The notes below the pieces were generated by a model. It saw only the letters and a program-made list of their open reading frames with translations, did not search any database and was not told the origin of the DNA. A stretch of DNA of 64,000 nt, from positions 43,526,001 to 43,590,000 of the forward strand of contig OZ249436.1 of NCBI GenBank assembly GCA_965235115.1. Reading direction: 5' to 3'. Positions 61,704-64,000 of this stretch are shown one piece after another. How positions within the stretch are numbered: the stretch's first letter is position 1; each line of letters begins with the position of its first letter. The position numbers and the translations under genes were made by a program. The DNA comes from Laetmonice hystrix (lineage: Eukaryota).

Positions 61704-62089
61704 GGCCAAAAAAAAAAAAGTTTCGTTTCTTGTCCTTTCATATAAAAAAATTGGTGCGGTGACGCGGTTTTTTTTTTTTTTTTTCGTCTTTCTTTTTTTT
61801 TTTTTGGATGCAACTAGAGAACGGCCGATTTTTCGAATGCAATTGCTACATAAATCTTGAAGAAAAGACTAATGCAATGATGTTCAATGTTTTGGAATGT
61901 GTAAAACTCACATAAAATCAACAAGACTAACAGAAAAACGCCAACGCCAAAGAACCGTTGCAACGTTCTGTCACAGCGCTACACTGCCCACCATATGAAG
62001 CAGTCGGATTTGAAAAAAAAAGACTTGACGCGGGGGTTTTTAGGTGACGCGCGCGGGGACAAGAAACGAATCTATTTTTTTTTTTGGCC
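61704..62089. mobile_element. MITE with TAA duplication and GGCC termini (Zator- or Harbinger-like)
   Basis: TAA|GGCCAAAAA...ttcgtttcttgtcc and ggacaagaaacgaa...TTTTTGGCC|TAA. Confidence 0.75.
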
Positions 62090-62177
62090 TAATATGGTCA
62101 TCAATGAAGCACTTTGGCAGCAAGGAAAACCAAAATAAGATACTGATGAGGTGGATATTCTGGTTTGCTTTCAGAAT

Positions 62178-62620
62178 GTGTATTCTGGAAAGGTTAAACG
62201 ATGAACGTTATCACACCTGTGTATCCTGGAAAGGTTAACGATGAACGTTATCACACCTGTGTATCCTGGAAAGGTTAACGATGAACGTTATCACACCTGT
62301 GTATCCTGGAAAGGTTAAAGATAAACTTTATCACACCTGTGTATCCTGGAAAGGTTAACGATGAACGTTATCACACCTGTGTATCCTAGAAAGGTTAACG
62401 ATGAACATTATCTCAACTGTGTATTCTAGAAAGGTTAACGATGAATGTTATCACACCTGTGTAACCTGGAAAGGTTAACGATAAACGTTCTCACACCTGT
62501 GTATCCTGGAAAGGTTAACGATGAACGTTATCACACCTGTGTATCCTGGAAAGGTTAACGATGAACGTTCTCACACCTGTGTATCCTGGAAAGGTTAACG
62601 ATGAACGTTATCACACCTGT
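62178..62620. repeat. 40-bp tandem repeat, 11 copies
   Basis: gtgtatcctggaaaggttaacgatgaacgttatcacacct. Confidence 0.95.
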
Positions 62621-63637
62621 TGGCCATGCTGGCAAGATTCAGTCGCATGTTTCACCTCTTATTTATTGCATCAAGCCGCACCTGTGAAATAAGACAGTTA
62701 CAAGCTTGCAAACATCCCTTCAGTTTCTGGACCAAATACTGTAGACTTTGACATTTTCATGACTTTTATAATCTTTCCCAGTTTCTTGTTTCCCGATGTG
62801 GTAATGACTTTCATGATCGGAATTTCGAAAATTTTACGATTTGCAGTTTTAAAGCTGATGGATTTTAAGCCAGTTCTACTAGTATTGTTTTTTCTAAATG
62901 ATATCATAATACATGTAATAAACATCAGATACGAAGAGAGGTATGCGCAATCCCAGCTCGCACATTCTTCACTGTTTTGCTAGTACATTTTGTACAAATC
63001 AAACGGGTCTAAGATATTTGGAGACAGGAAAATCGCCCCCCCCCCCCGTATAGACGGTAAATGCAATTGTTTTCATTTTATATTTAGGTAATATGAATTC
63101 GTATGTGAATGAAAGGTGATGAAAAGATTGTCTTCCCTGTAAATGGTCCGTTATGAATACAGGCCTATTGATTCAATGTATTGAACTAGTCACTTGGTAA
63201 TTTACAGGTGCTCAGTGTAGCGTTCCGAATCCGAGTTGTATCTTGACAGAATACTTGCACCAGAACGGTGCATTTCACCCAGAGGTATCCCAGAGTGCAA
63301 CAGTTAAACAGATCATTGTATATGGGACTTGAAACCCCGCCTTATGACATTAAAATGGTGATTGCTTCAATGTCAAACAGAGGTCAAATCTCTTACTGTG
63401 ATATCAAATCAATAATACAGCAGTGCGCCTTAGGATGTAATGAAAATATCACTATACTCCACATCCAGTTGAGGGGATGGCCTCCTATCAAAGGTTCAGA
63501 TGACTCCAAGAGGGCAGAGTATAATAGGGTAACAACTCGCAGGGCCAGGGCATTCCAGGGGTTTTGATTTTTTGGGGGAAACAATTTTTCCTTCTTTATC
63601 TGCTAGGATGGGGGGGGGGCATAAAGCTTTACCCCTG

Positions 63638-63901
63638 GGCCCGGTTTTTTTGTTTACTTTTCCACCGTGAGCAAGGGTGAGCTGAGCTGAGCAAGGGTGA
63701 GCATGAGCTCATTCTCACCGTTTTTGTGCTCTTTTTGGTTGTTTTTTCCCCATGAAGTGTGCTCATGGCAAGCAAGCTCGCGGAAAAACACCCCAAAAAA
63801 CGAAAACAGTGAGCAAAACGGTGAGAATGAGCTTCTGCTCACCCTTGCTCAGCTCAGCTCACCCTTGCTCACGGTGGAAAAGTAAACAAAAAAACCGGGC
63901 C
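63638..63901. mobile_element. Palindromic Harbinger-like MITE
   Basis: CTG TSD; near-perfect long TIRs starting GGCCCGGTTTTTTTGTTTAC. Confidence 0.85.
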
Positions 63902-64000
63902 CTGGGCTGGTTGTGGCTCCAGGTGGCCATGGAAGGCTGGCCTAGGTCCGTTTTAATCAGGTCTGGGGCCGTCGGGGCGGATCCCAGTTTTTGGGAAGGG

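Overview
Eukaryotic, intron-containing, repeat-rich animal DNA, probably a marine invertebrate (a lophotrochozoan origin is only an inference). (1) 1-12.5 kb: tandem array of 20 minus-strand tRNA-Trp(CCA) copies (19 full-length, 1 truncated) with three recurring spacer types and several insertions. (2) 15.8-26 kb: satellites and MITEs. (3) 27.9-48 kb: an 8-exon + strand gene that I could splice by hand into a 546-aa type I membrane protein (signal peptide, 4 kringle domains, Ser/Thr-rich stalk, TM helix, short tail). (4) Inside intron 4 of that gene, a 13.4-kb CACTA/EnSpm-like element (imperfect TIRs, TGTGGGGT subterminal repeats, CA duplication) with no visible transposase. It carries an antisense 5-exon open frame of 283 aa: N-terminal PWWP domain (missed by the ORF track), acidic linker, basic NLS-like patch, and a C-terminal SANT/Myb-like domain. 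This is the most novel-looking system in the window. (5) 52.1-53.1 kb: a 948-bp near-perfect nested palindrome. (6) 54.8-56.5 kb: a 2-coding-exon C2H2 zinc-finger gene with a compact N-terminal domain. (7) More satellites and MITEs to the end. All splice models and family assignments are by-eye predictions without database searches.
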